Part shown: piece after piece, positions 9,846-20,168 of the stretch | Layout: every line of letters starts with the position of its first letter | Numbering within the stretch: position 1 is the stretch's first letter | DNA from: a virus | Direction: 5' to 3' (one strand) | IMG/VR virus record: IMGVR_UViG_3300035145_002457 | Span: 20,587-84,586 of that record | DNA length: 64,000 bases | The notes under the pieces: generated by a model | The model's input: the letters and a program-made list of their open reading frames with translations, nothing else | Database searches by the model: none | What the model was told of the DNA's origin: nothing | Translations under genes and position numbers: made by a program

Positions 9846-12236
9846 ATGTCATATACTATAAATTTTACAAATAGTGCTGATAAAGATCCGATAGTTATTG
9901 AAGACGGCACTATAAACAGATCTACAAGCATTGGGTTTCCAGGAAGAAGTAGCACAGGTTACGGACAAGTAATTGCAGAAGACCTACTCCATTTATTAGA
10001 AAATTTTGCAAGTCCTACAGAACCTAGTAATGCTGTTGAAGGACAGTTGTGGTATAATAGTTCTAGCGGTCAATTACTAGTATATGATGGAACAATATGG
10101 GTACCATCAGGCGGACTTAAGAAAAGCACTACACAACCGGATACAACAGAAGCAGTTGATGGAGATTTATGGGTAAACATTGACTCTCAACAATTATATT
10201 TGTTTTCAGGATCAAACTGGGTTTTAGTAGGTCCTGAATTTAGCCAAGGTCTAACAACAGGTACTAGACCTGCGACAATTACAGGTCAAGATAACGTAGA
10301 CTATACTGTAATACAAATTGAAGTGAATGCAAACGTTGTTGGAATAATTGCTTTCAACGAATTTACTCCTAAGGCAACTGTATCAGGATTTACAACAATT
10401 AAACCAGGTATAAACTTAGCCAATAGAGACACCGATGGTGATGGAATAAACAATGTAAAATTTTATGGTATTGCTGAACGTGCTGAAAATTTAATTATAA
10501 ACGACTTACCAGTTCCTGCGGCAAACTTTTTAAGAGGTGATGCTGAATCAACTACAACTTTTCCTATAAACATTCAAAATAATACAGGATTAAGTTACGG
10601 AATAAACGGTGAACTTAATATTGGTATTGAAGGTAGTGCAGGTGTTATACAACATAACATTGAAGGTTCTAACATTGACATGCGTGTAAGAAACGCAGGG
10701 TCTAGTAACACAGTATTAAGAGTTGATTCAAGTTTGAGAGTAGGAATAAACAACGAAGCTCCAGATGAAGCATTAGATATTACAGGAAATGTTCTTGCAA
10801 GTGGAACAATCAAAACAAATGATGTTACTGAAAGTTCTAACATTGGTAACGGTAGTATTGTTGCAAAAGGCGGCGTTGGTGTAGCAAAAAGTTTAAATGT
10901 TGGCGAAAACATAACTGTACAAAAAGGTATTACTTTAGGTAATAATAACCTTACTGTTGATTCAGCAGATAGTGATCTTATAATGCCAGATCTTAACAAC
11001 ACAAGAAACATTGGTAGTTCTGCTAATAAATGGCGTAAAATTTATGCAACAACATTTATTGGAAACTTAGAAGGTGAAGTATTAGGTAACATCACAGGTA
11101 AAGCAGGTAGAGCTGATAAGCTAACAAGTTCAACTACTTTTAGATTAACTGGTGATGTTGAAACTGTTGAACAAGTTTTTGACGGACAAGACGGAGGTAG
11201 TTTAAAAGAATTTGATCTTAGTATTAAAAACACTATCATTTCAAGCAAAACACAAGTTACTGATAGTTTGTCCAACGATGAATTCATTATTGATAGAATA
11301 AGTGGACAAAGCACAGGACTTCGCAGAATAAGTAGACAAACATTATTCCAAAATATTTCAGGATTAACACCTATTGGTAGTATTATGCCATATGCAGGTA
11401 ACGTAGAACCTACAGGATGGAAATTTTGTAATGGACAAGAATTAAGCACAGGTACATATAATACATTATTTCAATTGTTAGGTTACAATTATAAACCGCA
11501 AGGCGATGTTTCCCCCGGACAATTTGGACTACCAGATCTAAGAGGTAGATTTCCATTAGGTAGTTTAACTATGGGCGGCACAAATCCGCCAGTTGCTGAA
11601 CCTAACATAGCAACAGTTACTGGTACTATATCTGGACCAACTGTGACAGCTTTTGATGCTTTTAGTATCAATGGCACAACTATTAATTTAACTGGCACTG
11701 ATCTTGCAAGTGTTATAACAGATATCACAAATGCAAATATAACTGGTATATCTGCATCAAACAATGGTAACAACCAATTACAAATCACAGGTACTAATGT
11801 AAATATTGTACTAGTAGATGTAGCAAATACACCATTAGCTGATTTAGGACTTTTAGCTGGCACAACTATAACAGTAAAAAGTGCTGATACTAGAGCAAGA
11901 GGCGGTAATACAACTGTACTTGGTGCTGTAGACGGATCAGATGATGTTACAATTAATTTAGAAAACTTACCTGAACACGAACACGATTTAAAAGCACAAA
12001 ACGGTGTGCAGTTTAGTGCTATAAGAGCAGTTGATGGTAGAGGCGGAGACTTGCCTAGCGATGCACAAACTAGTAGTATTCAAACTGGTGCAGACAAAGT
12101 TTCACAGACAATTAACAAAAGTGGAGGTGTTGATATTCCTGCAGGAAGTTCATTTAGTGCAGTAGGTGAATCAATGGATATTATGAATCCATACCAAACT
12201 ATAAATTACATTATATATACTGGAGTAGTAGCATGA
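9846..12236 (+). CDS. Tail fibre protein with phage tail-collar domain, 796 aa
   Basis: Shared N-terminal module (GYGQ...LLENFAS..P...EGQLWY). Tail-collar motif PIGSIMPYAG..EPTGWKFCNGQ...FGLPDLRGRFPLG. C-terminal NLPEHEH...MNPYQTINYII. Confidence 0.8.
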   Translation: MSYTINFTNSADKDPIVIEDGTINRSTSIGFPGRSSTGYGQVIAEDLLHLLENFASPTEPSNAVEGQLWYNSSSGQLLVYDGTIWVPSGGLKKSTTQPDTTEAVDGDLWVNIDSQQLYLFSGSNWVLVGPEFSQGLTTGTRPATITGQDNVDYTVIQIEVNANVVGIIAFNEFTPKATVSGFTTIKPGINLANRDTDGDGINNVKFYGIAERAENLIINDLPVPAANFLRGDAESTTTFPINIQNNTGLSYGINGELNIGIEGSAGVIQHNIEGSNIDMRVRNAGSSNTVLRVDSSLRVGINNEAPDEALDITGNVLASGTIKTNDVTESSNIGNGSIVAKGGVGVAKSLNVGENITVQKGITLGNNNLTVDSADSDLIMPDLNNTRNIGSSANKWRKIYATTFIGNLEGEVLGNITGKAGRADKLTSSTTFRLTGDVETVEQVFDGQDGGSLKEFDLSIKNTIISSKTQVTDSLSNDEFIIDRISGQSTGLRRISRQTLFQNISGLTPIGSIMPYAGNVEPTGWKFCNGQELSTGTYNTLFQLLGYNYKPQGDVSPGQFGLPDLRGRFPLGSLTMGGTNPPVAEPNIATVTGTISGPTVTAFDAFSINGTTINLTGTDLASVITDITNANITGISASNNGNNQLQITGTNVNIVLVDVANTPLADLGLLAGTTITVKSADTRARGGNTTVLGAVDGSDDVTINLENLPEHEHDLKAQNGVQFSAIRAVDGRGGDLPSDAQTSSIQTGADKVSQTINKSGGVDIPAGSSFSAVGESMDIMNPYQTINYIIYTGVVA

Positions 12237-14155
12237 GTTATAAACTGAATAAAACAGATGGATCTTTGCTTGTTGAACTACAAGACGGTATAATTGATGA
12301 TACTAGTTCAGACCTAACACTTGTTGGAAGAAATTACAAAGGATTTGGAGAATTTCTAAACGAAAATTATATTAAATTATTAGAAAATTTTGCAAGCTCA
12401 TCAGCACCATCAAATCCTATCATGGGACAATTATGGTATGATAAAACCAGCCAACGATTAAAAATTTACAATGGCGAAGCATTCCGTGTTGCAGGCGGAC
12501 CTGTAATAAGTGCTACACAGCCAAATATGATAGCAGGCGATCTATGGATTGATAACGATCAAAATAAACTTTACTTTTTTGATGGCACAGATGTAGTCCT
12601 TGTAGGACCAAATTACAGCAGTACGCAAGGTAAAACAACCTACGAAGCAGTTACTATGGTTGACACTTCAGGACAAACTAGAGCAGTTCTTGCTCAATAT
12701 TTGCAAGGTACATTAGTTGGTATACACAGTAAAAATGAATTTACTCCTCGAAATGAAGATGTCTTGCTTCCTTATGCGGCTGGTAGAGTAATTAAAGTAG
12801 GATTCAATCCGCTATACAAAACAGACAACGGAGATAATATTGCATATCGTTGGCATGGTATTGCAGAAACAGCAGAAAACCTAATAGACGGAACAGGAAA
12901 TAATTATTCGCCTACAGATTTTGTAAGGACTAACGAAAGAAATAGTCAAAATTTGATTGTTGACCAAACAATGGACGGCGGATTGTTTGTCAAAGGAGAA
13001 ACAGGATTAAAAGTTGGTTACGGAGATACACAATACGGTGTATTTAAAGTTTTAAGCACAGATACAAAAACAGTGATAGATGTGGTACAACAAAATAAAG
13101 ATTTTGCTATTAGACGTAAAGTTGGAAACGACCAAATTGAATTTTTCACTTTTGATGCAACTAACAGCAAAATAGGTTTGTTTCAAACTACACCAACTGT
13201 AGAATTAGATGTCCTAGGCGACGGAAAATTTTCAGGAGATTTAACAGTTGAAGGAAACCTTTCTATAACTGGTACTACATTTGCTGTTGACACAGAACAA
13301 ATGCGTATCAAAGATCCTCAAATTAATTTAGGTGTATCAGAAGATTCAACAGAACTTACAGATGCACAAGTCGACGGCGGCGGATTTGTTATTAATAGTT
13401 TAAATGGTAGTAAAGATTTTATTTGGCGTAGTGCTACAGGCAATTTTACAAGTAATCAAAATATTGACCTTGAGTTAGGAAAGTCATATAGAATAAACAA
13501 TAACAATGTTTTAACTGCCAACACATTAGGAAGCGGAGTAATAAACAGTTCGTTAACTAGTGTAGGAACATTAGGCACATTAACTGTATCCGGAAATGCG
13601 GCAGTAGGTAGCATTAGTTCACCAGGAGCATTAAATATTAGTTCAACTGGTGATATAACAATAAATTCTCAAAAAATTACAGGCGTTTCTGATCCAACTG
13701 TTGCCGCTGATGTTGCAAACAAAGGATATGTTGATAATACTGTTGCTATAGAAAATATTGCGTTTGCACTTGATATTACAGGTTTTTCAACACCTGATCC
13801 AGCAGGAACAGCAAGCGGTCCGATAACAGATGTTAAGAATGTTCTTGATAGTATCTATCCTGCAGGAGCAGATGCAAACGGCAAACAGGCAAAAATACAT
13901 TGTACTTCATATGCCTCTGCAACAGTAAGTGGAATTATTATTTCTGTAGGTACTTCACCAGATGCAACAAAGACATTACAAAAATCTAGTATTGCAGTTG
14001 ACTCTGCAGGTACTCAAAACCAAACAGTAATACAGGATATTACTGCAACAAACACTGCTTCAGGTACAGTATCACTTACTCCTGGCAGATACACAATGAC
14101 ATTCACAATAACAGGGGGCGTGTGGACGCACAATAGCACAGTAGCATATCCGTAA
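12233..14155 (+). CDS. Tail fibre-like structural protein, 640 aa (paralog of 9846 and 14191)
   Basis: Same N-terminal module (GRNYKGFGE..NEN..KLLENFAS..P..GQLWYD). Contains SSLTSVGTLGTLTV and DVANKGYVD fibre motifs. ATGA overlap with the upstream gene. Confidence 0.7.
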   Translation: MSYKLNKTDGSLLVELQDGIIDDTSSDLTLVGRNYKGFGEFLNENYIKLLENFASSSAPSNPIMGQLWYDKTSQRLKIYNGEAFRVAGGPVISATQPNMIAGDLWIDNDQNKLYFFDGTDVVLVGPNYSSTQGKTTYEAVTMVDTSGQTRAVLAQYLQGTLVGIHSKNEFTPRNEDVLLPYAAGRVIKVGFNPLYKTDNGDNIAYRWHGIAETAENLIDGTGNNYSPTDFVRTNERNSQNLIVDQTMDGGLFVKGETGLKVGYGDTQYGVFKVLSTDTKTVIDVVQQNKDFAIRRKVGNDQIEFFTFDATNSKIGLFQTTPTVELDVLGDGKFSGDLTVEGNLSITGTTFAVDTEQMRIKDPQINLGVSEDSTELTDAQVDGGGFVINSLNGSKDFIWRSATGNFTSNQNIDLELGKSYRINNNNVLTANTLGSGVINSSLTSVGTLGTLTVSGNAAVGSISSPGALNISSTGDITINSQKITGVSDPTVAADVANKGYVDNTVAIENIAFALDITGFSTPDPAGTASGPITDVKNVLDSIYPAGADANGKQAKIHCTSYASATVSGIIISVGTSPDATKTLQKSSIAVDSAGTQNQTVIQDITATNTASGTVSLTPGRYTMTFTITGGVWTHNSTVAYP

Positions 14156-14161
14156 GGATAT

Positions 14162-14169
14162 GATAAATA
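14162..14169 (+). promoter_or_regulatory. T4-like late promoter (GATAAATA)
   Basis: Intergenic, upstream of an AAGGGG SD and the ATG at 14191. Confidence 0.55.
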
Positions 14170-14190
14170 CTTGCAACAAGGGGTTTATAA

Positions 14191-15699
14191 ATGGCGTATA
14201 CAATTAACAAATATGATACTACCCAGCTTACAGTAGTTCAAGACGGTACTATTGACCAAACTACCGACATAAAACTTGTTGGTAAAAACTATGCAGGGTA
14301 TGGTGAAATACAAAACGAAAATTTTGTATTTTTATTAGAAAACTTTGCTGGCGCAAATCAACCACCAAGGGCAATAAGAGGCCAAGTTTGGTTTGATAGT
14401 GCAAACAGCAAATTGAAGTTTTATGATGGTGATAAATGGCGTACAACAGGAGGTGCAGAAATTAGTGCATCTGCTCCTGCAGGTTTATCAACTGGTGATT
14501 TTTGGTGGGACACAACAAACCAACAGCTATATGCATACAACGGAACAGACTTTGTACTAGTAGGACCCCAAGATGCTGGATCAGGCATTACACAGATGCA
14601 AAGTAAAACAGTACGTGATGTAGGCAGTGTAAGTAGAAGTGTTATTGCCGCAACAGTAAACGACGAAGTCATATTTATTATAAGCCCAGTAGAATTTACA
14701 ATTGACAGTACAGACGCAGAAAACGCTATTTCGGGATTTGATGTAGTAAGACAGGGTGTAACACTTAAAAATACGCAAAGTGCTACAGCAGGTGTAACAA
14801 GCACAGATCACCAATTCCATGGTACTGCCTCAAATGCTTTAAGATTAGGCGGCGTAGAAGCAAGTAGTTTTGTTAGAGCAAGTGTTGGTACTCCTACAGT
14901 ATTCACAGAAATTACAAATTTCCAAACAGATGCAGGTATAGCAATTGGTGCTGGACTAGATTTAAAACTGTTTATTGAAAACGATAACGAAGGCGTTATT
15001 CAAAACTCGCAAGGTGATGAAATTAAATTCCGCGTAAAAGAATCAGGCGGAGCCAGTGTAAATGTAGTAGATATACGTCCTGGTGCAGTATTACCAGGAA
15101 TTCAAAGCACTGGTCCAACCGTTTACAAATCAATTGATTTAGGATCTTCGGCGGCCGCATTTAACGACATACATGCAGGAAACATTTACGGAACTTCGGA
15201 AAAAGCATCGGCACTTATAGTAGGTGGTAATGCAAGAAATGGCTCAGTTGATAGCAGTGGCACAGGTACAGGAAATACTGTTGCTGTTAGAGATGGATCT
15301 GGTAACTTAAATGCAGTTTTATTCCAAGGTACTGCTACAAGTGCAAGGTATGCAGACTTAGCTGAAAAGTATACAACCGATCAAGAATACCCTGTCGGCA
15401 CAGCAATGTGTGTAGGTGGCGATGAAGAAACAACAGCATGTAGAGCAAGTTGCATGTGTATAGGTGTTATATCAGCAGAACCAGCATACTTAATGAACAG
15501 TGATGCAGAAGGACAAGCAATTGGACTTAAAGGTCGTGTTCCTGTAAGAGTAAAAGGAACAGTGAAAAAAGGCGATCCAATTTACGCATGGGCAGATGGT
15601 ATTTGCTCAACAGTTGCAACAAGCGCACTTGTTGGTGTTGCATTAGAAGCAAGCGATTCAGAAGAAGAAAAATTAATAGAGTGTGTACTTAAGGTATAA
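14191..15699 (+). CDS. Tail fibre protein with C-terminal intramolecular-chaperone (peptidase G2-like) domain, 502 aa
   Basis: Shared N-terminal module. C-terminal ARYADLAEKY...GVISAEPAYLMN...GLKGRVPVRVKG.VKKGD is typical of autocleaving fibre chaperone domains. Confidence 0.7.
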   Translation: MAYTINKYDTTQLTVVQDGTIDQTTDIKLVGKNYAGYGEIQNENFVFLLENFAGANQPPRAIRGQVWFDSANSKLKFYDGDKWRTTGGAEISASAPAGLSTGDFWWDTTNQQLYAYNGTDFVLVGPQDAGSGITQMQSKTVRDVGSVSRSVIAATVNDEVIFIISPVEFTIDSTDAENAISGFDVVRQGVTLKNTQSATAGVTSTDHQFHGTASNALRLGGVEASSFVRASVGTPTVFTEITNFQTDAGIAIGAGLDLKLFIENDNEGVIQNSQGDEIKFRVKESGGASVNVVDIRPGAVLPGIQSTGPTVYKSIDLGSSAAAFNDIHAGNIYGTSEKASALIVGGNARNGSVDSSGTGTGNTVAVRDGSGNLNAVLFQGTATSARYADLAEKYTTDQEYPVGTAMCVGGDEETTACRASCMCIGVISAEPAYLMNSDAEGQAIGLKGRVPVRVKGTVKKGDPIYAWADGICSTVATSALVGVALEASDSEEEKLIECVLKV

Positions 15700-15710
15700 A
15701 TAACTACGTA
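15695..15710 (+). promoter_or_regulatory. T4-like late promoter TATAAATA with extension ACTACGTA
   Basis: Exact TATAAATA at 15695-15702, upstream of an AAGGA SD and the ATG at 15729. The 14-mer TAAATAACTACGTA recurs at 51657-51670 on the - strand. Confidence 0.65.
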
Positions 15711-15728
15711 CTTTAAAAAGGATAGAAA

Positions 15729-16652
15729 ATGGCAGTAACAGTCGGACAAACCATAGGGGAAACAGAATATACTACATTACGTAGTACAATGCAGACAGTA
15801 ATGGGAACACCTTCCGGTACAGGAACTGGGGCGGCAGGATATTTGCAAACAACTACTGCACCTTCAGTTAGTCCAGGAGACACTATTACAGCCGCACAGT
15901 GGAACGCACTTAAAGAAGATATTTCAAAAGCATACACACACCAAGTAGGATCAGCACCAAGCGGACCAGCACTGGTGACTGTTGATACTGACACTGGCAT
16001 TACAGCTCAAATACATAATGATTACGAAACTGTAGCAAACTTTATTTCAAATGCTTCTAATAGATTTTTATTAGCGGCAGGACAAAGCACAACAACATCT
16101 GCTAGATCAAGAACAGCAACAAACTGGAATGGCACAATTATACACGATGTAACGTTTACTTGGACTAACGAAAATAATGCCAAAGCATTTTTTAACGCTG
16201 GCGGCGTAATTAGATGTTCGTCAACCCTTTCATACACAGGTAGTGAAGCAAAAACCCTACAATGGAAAAACATGCTTTCAGATTCTAGTGTTATTGGTAT
16301 TAATTATGTAGACGGTTACAAGTACACAGGTACATCGGGTACTATTGATAATAATGATGGATACTACGATTTAACTACAACAGCATCTAACATTTATACA
16401 CAAGATAATGCCGCAAACCCATATTCAGAAAACAGGTACAAAGTAGAAGCTCGAAAAATTACTAACGGATTGCGTGTTAGAATGATTTACGAAGACAATG
16501 ATGCAGGTGATAAAACTGGAACAGGACCGGCTGTTGACGAAAATGTTCAAGGCACGTTGACAAGCGAATTTTCATATATTCGTGCTACAGGATCTAATGT
16601 TTCTGTAAATGCACCATCAATTGGCACAGGCGCAACAAATACTTTCACATAA
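15729..16652 (+). CDS. Putative virion structural protein, 307 aa
   Basis: Thr/Gly/Ser-rich, has a late promoter and SD, and ends the structural block. Motifs ITAAQWNAL and FFNAGG.IR. Confidence 0.55.
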   Translation: MAVTVGQTIGETEYTTLRSTMQTVMGTPSGTGTGAAGYLQTTTAPSVSPGDTITAAQWNALKEDISKAYTHQVGSAPSGPALVTVDTDTGITAQIHNDYETVANFISNASNRFLLAAGQSTTTSARSRTATNWNGTIIHDVTFTWTNENNAKAFFNAGGVIRCSSTLSYTGSEAKTLQWKNMLSDSSVIGINYVDGYKYTGTSGTIDNNDGYYDLTTTASNIYTQDNAANPYSENRYKVEARKITNGLRVRMIYEDNDAGDKTGTGPAVDENVQGTLTSEFSYIRATGSNVSVNAPSIGTGATNTFT

Positions 16653-16655
16653 GAC

Positions 16656-16684
16656 TTGACAAATTGGTAAAATTGTTATATACT
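16656..16684 (+). promoter_or_regulatory. sigma70-type promoter TTGACA-N17-TATACT
   Basis: TTGACA at 16656-16661, 17-nt spacer, TATACT at 16679-16684. Followed by an AAGGAG SD and the ATG at 16710. Heads the glycosyltransferase/radical SAM block. Confidence 0.75.
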
Positions 16685-16709
16685 TTATGCGTATATACAA
16701 GGAGTTCCA

Positions 16710-17057
16710 ATGGACGAAAGACTAGAAAAAGCATTAGAATTTTCTAAATTTGTTGAGACACAAAACAATCAAAAAACTATTTTTTTGAATCAATTCAAAG
16801 AAAATCTAATACACTATACCCATGGACATAAATTTACAGCAACTCAACAGCTGATTACATTTGTATCTGTGATTGTTGAATCAGGAGAAGACACTGCAAT
16901 CATTCTAGATGACAATAACCTACCTGTTCTTATTGAAGATTTAAAAGGCTTTATGAGAGAATTAGTTGGTGTATATGTTTTTGCATCACGAAAATATGCT
17001 AAAGATTACAACGATATCAAGACGCATAGATCAGTTGAAGGGCTAACAAATTTATGA
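16710..17057 (+). CDS. Hypothetical protein, 115 aa (possibly tail-assembly related)
   Basis: Strong SD and promoter. ATGA overlap with the next gene. Confidence 0.6.
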   Translation: MDERLEKALEFSKFVETQNNQKTIFLNQFKENLIHYTHGHKFTATQQLITFVSVIVESGEDTAIILDDNNLPVLIEDLKGFMRELVGVYVFASRKYAKDYNDIKTHRSVEGLTNL

Positions 17058-17902
17058 CAAATGGTGTATTGCTATTTGCATTCAACAACGAAACTATTGA
17101 TTATGTAAAACAGGCTGTTTACTGTGCTAAACAGATTAAGCGGCATCTTGACTTGCCTGTACAAATAGTAACAAACGCTGTAGATTACATCGAAACAGAA
17201 TTTCCTTTTTATAAAAAATATATAGAACACGTTACTTATTCACCCGCCCCGGTTGGAGCGTCAAAGACTTTTTATGATGGCATTTATCATAATAAAAAAT
17301 TGACCTGGAAAAATAGCCTTCGTGATAGTGCTTATGATTTAACATTATTTGATAAAACACTTGTATTAGATACAGATTTACTTGTAGGTAATAATAAATT
17401 GTTAAAATGTTTTAATACAAATGAAGATTTTATGATTGCCAAAGATTACAATATGGTTAATACTACAAAACAAATTGAAGGATTTGATAGGGTTAGTGAT
17501 AGAACAATTCCAATGTATTGGGCAACCATACTTTATTTTACAAAAAGCAAAACAGCAAAAACGGTTTTTGATTTAGCGTCACACATACGAGAAAATTATA
17601 ATTATTACAGACTTGTTTATGATATACAAGAAAGCAAGTTTCGAAATGATTTTGCATTTAGTATTGCTGTTCATATAATGCGTGGTTTTACAGAAACCAC
17701 AGATTGGCCAATGCGATTACCTACAGACATGTGGGTAAGCACTGATAGAGATGTTTTGTTAGAAAATACTGATGGAACAGCAAGATTACTTGCACAACGC
17801 GATTACGACTATCTTCTAGTAAAACTAAACAATGCCACTTTACATGTTATGAATAAATTTAGTTTGAATAAAGTAATTACTGGAGAATTTGAAAATGAGT
17901 AG
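17054..17902 (+). CDS. Glycosyltransferase-like protein (GT-A fold)
   Basis: N-terminal GVLLFAFN beta strand and a DxD motif in KTLVLDTDLLV. Paralog of the next gene. Confidence 0.65.
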   Translation: MTNGVLLFAFNNETIDYVKQAVYCAKQIKRHLDLPVQIVTNAVDYIETEFPFYKKYIEHVTYSPAPVGASKTFYDGIYHNKKLTWKNSLRDSAYDLTLFDKTLVLDTDLLVGNNKLLKCFNTNEDFMIAKDYNMVNTTKQIEGFDRVSDRTIPMYWATILYFTKSKTAKTVFDLASHIRENYNYYRLVYDIQESKFRNDFAFSIAVHIMRGFTETTDWPMRLPTDMWVSTDRDVLLENTDGTARLLAQRDYDYLLVKLNNATLHVMNKFSLNKVITGEFENE

Positions 17903-18719
17903 AGGGTACTTTGTTGTTGCACAGAATAATGCTAAAACAGATTATGTTAGACAAGCATACGCTCTTGCATTAAGTATATTGGCACAGTCGCCTGATGCTA
18001 ACATTAGCGTCATGACCAACGATGATGTACCTACCAAATATAAAAAGGTTTTTGATCAGGTAATTGATATACCTTGGGGAGATTTATCAGAAGACTCAAA
18101 ATGGAAAATTAACAACAGATGGAAAATATATCATAGAACGCCGTATAGGCAAACAACAGTATTTGATACTGACATGCTAGTTTTAGATAATTTAGATTAT
18201 ACGTGGACTAGTTTACAGCATGTGTCTTACCATTTTACTAAAGATGTACTTACTTACAGGCAAGAACCTGTAACATCACGTTACTATAGGAAAGCATTTG
18301 ATGCAAACAATCTTCCTAATCCATATGTAGCAATGTTTCAGTTCAATAAATCAAATGAAACAAAAGAATTTTTTGTGTTACTAGAAATTATAATGAAAAA
18401 TTGGAAAATTTTTTACAGTAAATATGCACCTAATAGTATGCAAAATTGGTGTAGTGTTGATATGTGTGCCGCTATAGCTCTAAAAATACTTGGTACTGCT
18501 AATATATCTGTAAATAATAACAACATGCTATCTTTTGTTCATTTAAAATCACATGCACAAAATTTGTCTAATCCTTTAATCAAATCCACTGACTTAACGT
18601 GTGATGTTGGAGATACAGGATTATTTTTAAATGGATACAAACAAAAAGGTGTGCTTCATTATGTTGATGATGAATTTTTGACAGATGAAATAATTGACTG
18701 GTTAGAGGAACAAGTGTAA
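17895..18719 (+). CDS. Glycosyltransferase-like protein (GT-A fold, GT8-like)
   Basis: YVRQAYALALSI, TPYRQTTVFDTDMLV (DxD) and a C-terminal LHY. ATG at 17895 follows a GGAG SD. Confidence 0.65.
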   Translation: MSRGYFVVAQNNAKTDYVRQAYALALSILAQSPDANISVMTNDDVPTKYKKVFDQVIDIPWGDLSEDSKWKINNRWKIYHRTPYRQTTVFDTDMLVLDNLDYTWTSLQHVSYHFTKDVLTYRQEPVTSRYYRKAFDANNLPNPYVAMFQFNKSNETKEFFVLLEIIMKNWKIFYSKYAPNSMQNWCSVDMCAAIALKILGTANISVNNNNMLSFVHLKSHAQNLSNPLIKSTDLTCDVGDTGLFLNGYKQKGVLHYVDDEFLTDEIIDWLEEQV

Positions 18720-19267
18720 TGTTATATGTGCAATATGACGATGATGGAAGAATACTTTCTGTAACCAATGAATATGATCCAGCTATTTCAAGTTTAGAAG
18801 TTGACTTAGAGACTTATGAAGCATTCAGCAACGGAACAAGAATGTTAGCTGAATACCAAGTTGTTGAAGATTATCACCAAAAAGGAAAAATGCATCTTGT
18901 AAATGTAAATGTAGAGCAAGATGGTTATATTGATCAAGAAAAGGGAATTGTGTCAAAAAAAGATATTACAAAAGAAGGTATAATATTTGAACAACTCGAC
19001 AAATGCTGGCACATACACAATCATTTGAGTGGTCCAATACCTACACTAATTAATTTAGGAACAGATTATTTTAGGGAATATTACATAGTAGAAGCACGTA
19101 ATAGATTTGTGCTGTTAGATACTATTGTTATAGACATGAAAGAATTAGTTAACACAGACAAATTAGTTGTACAAGGACACTCTGCAGATAAAGAAGTAAG
19201 TATTGTGTGTTTTGAAAGTAGACTTAGACACAGACACAAGGTAGGAAAACAAAATGCGTATAATTGA
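18719..19267 (+). CDS. Hypothetical protein, 182 aa
   Basis: Coupled to both neighbours by overlaps; no recognisable motif. Confidence 0.6.
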   Translation: MLYVQYDDDGRILSVTNEYDPAISSLEVDLETYEAFSNGTRMLAEYQVVEDYHQKGKMHLVNVNVEQDGYIDQEKGIVSKKDITKEGIIFEQLDKCWHIHNHLSGPIPTLINLGTDYFREYYIVEARNRFVLLDTIVIDMKELVNTDKLVVQGHSADKEVSIVCFESRLRHRHKVGKQNAYN

Positions 19268-20168
19268 TTACGATATTATATATTTAAGTTATGACGAACC
19301 TAATGCAGAAAAAAATTATGCAGATTTGGTAAGCAAAGTTCCTTGGGCAAAACGTATACATGGAGTTGAAGGATCAGACGCGGCACACAAGGCTTGTGCA
19401 AAACTTGCAGAAACAGATAGATTTATCACTGTGGATGCAGACAATATTATTAATCCTAAGTTTTTAGAGCAAGAGTTAGACATACCTAAGGATAGTGACT
19501 TAGAGCACAGTGTTATTAGTTGGTGTGGTAGGAACATAATAAATGGACTGATGTATGGTAACGGCGGATTAAAATGTTGGCCAAAAGAATATGTATTAAA
19601 CATGCGTACACATGAAAATGCAGACCCTGATAATCCTCAAGCACAAGTTGATTTTTGTTGGGATCTAAAGTACCTACAGCAAAATAGTTGTTATTCAGAT
19701 GTGTATAACAATGCAACACCTCAGCAGGCCTGGAGAGCAGGGTTTCGTGAAGGTGTTAAGATGGCACTAGATCAAGGTGTGAAGCCAACAGTTGAAAACT
19801 TCTTACAAGGACATTGGAAAAATTTGCATAGACTTTGGATTTGGTTAATGATTGGCTCTGATGTTGAAAATGGTCTATGGGCTATCTACGGCGCAAGAGA
19901 AGGCTTAGTTAAAACAATGTTAACTGATTGGGATTATGTCAATGTAAGAGATTTTGAATATCTCAATAATTTATGGAAAGAAAAAGAATCTGTAGACTCT
20001 AAAATGTTATTAGAAGCAATAGAAATACTAGGTGCTTCATTAATAGATAATTTGGATATACCTATAGGACAAATGCCGTTAGACGAACAGCAAAGTAAAT
20101 TTTTCAAAACAGTTTACCAAAATCCTAGCCGTAACCCTAAACAACAATTTGTGATTGATCCAGAATGA
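19254..20168 (+). CDS. Glycosyltransferase-like protein (GT-A fold)
   Basis: DIIYLSYDEPNAE, RIHGVEG..AAH, FITVDAD (DxD), YGNGGLK and AWRAGFRE. Paralog of 21504. Confidence 0.6.
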   Translation: MRIIDYDIIYLSYDEPNAEKNYADLVSKVPWAKRIHGVEGSDAAHKACAKLAETDRFITVDADNIINPKFLEQELDIPKDSDLEHSVISWCGRNIINGLMYGNGGLKCWPKEYVLNMRTHENADPDNPQAQVDFCWDLKYLQQNSCYSDVYNNATPQQAWRAGFREGVKMALDQGVKPTVENFLQGHWKNLHRLWIWLMIGSDVENGLWAIYGAREGLVKTMLTDWDYVNVRDFEYLNNLWKEKESVDSKMLLEAIEILGASLIDNLDIPIGQMPLDEQQSKFFKTVYQNPSRNPKQQFVIDPE

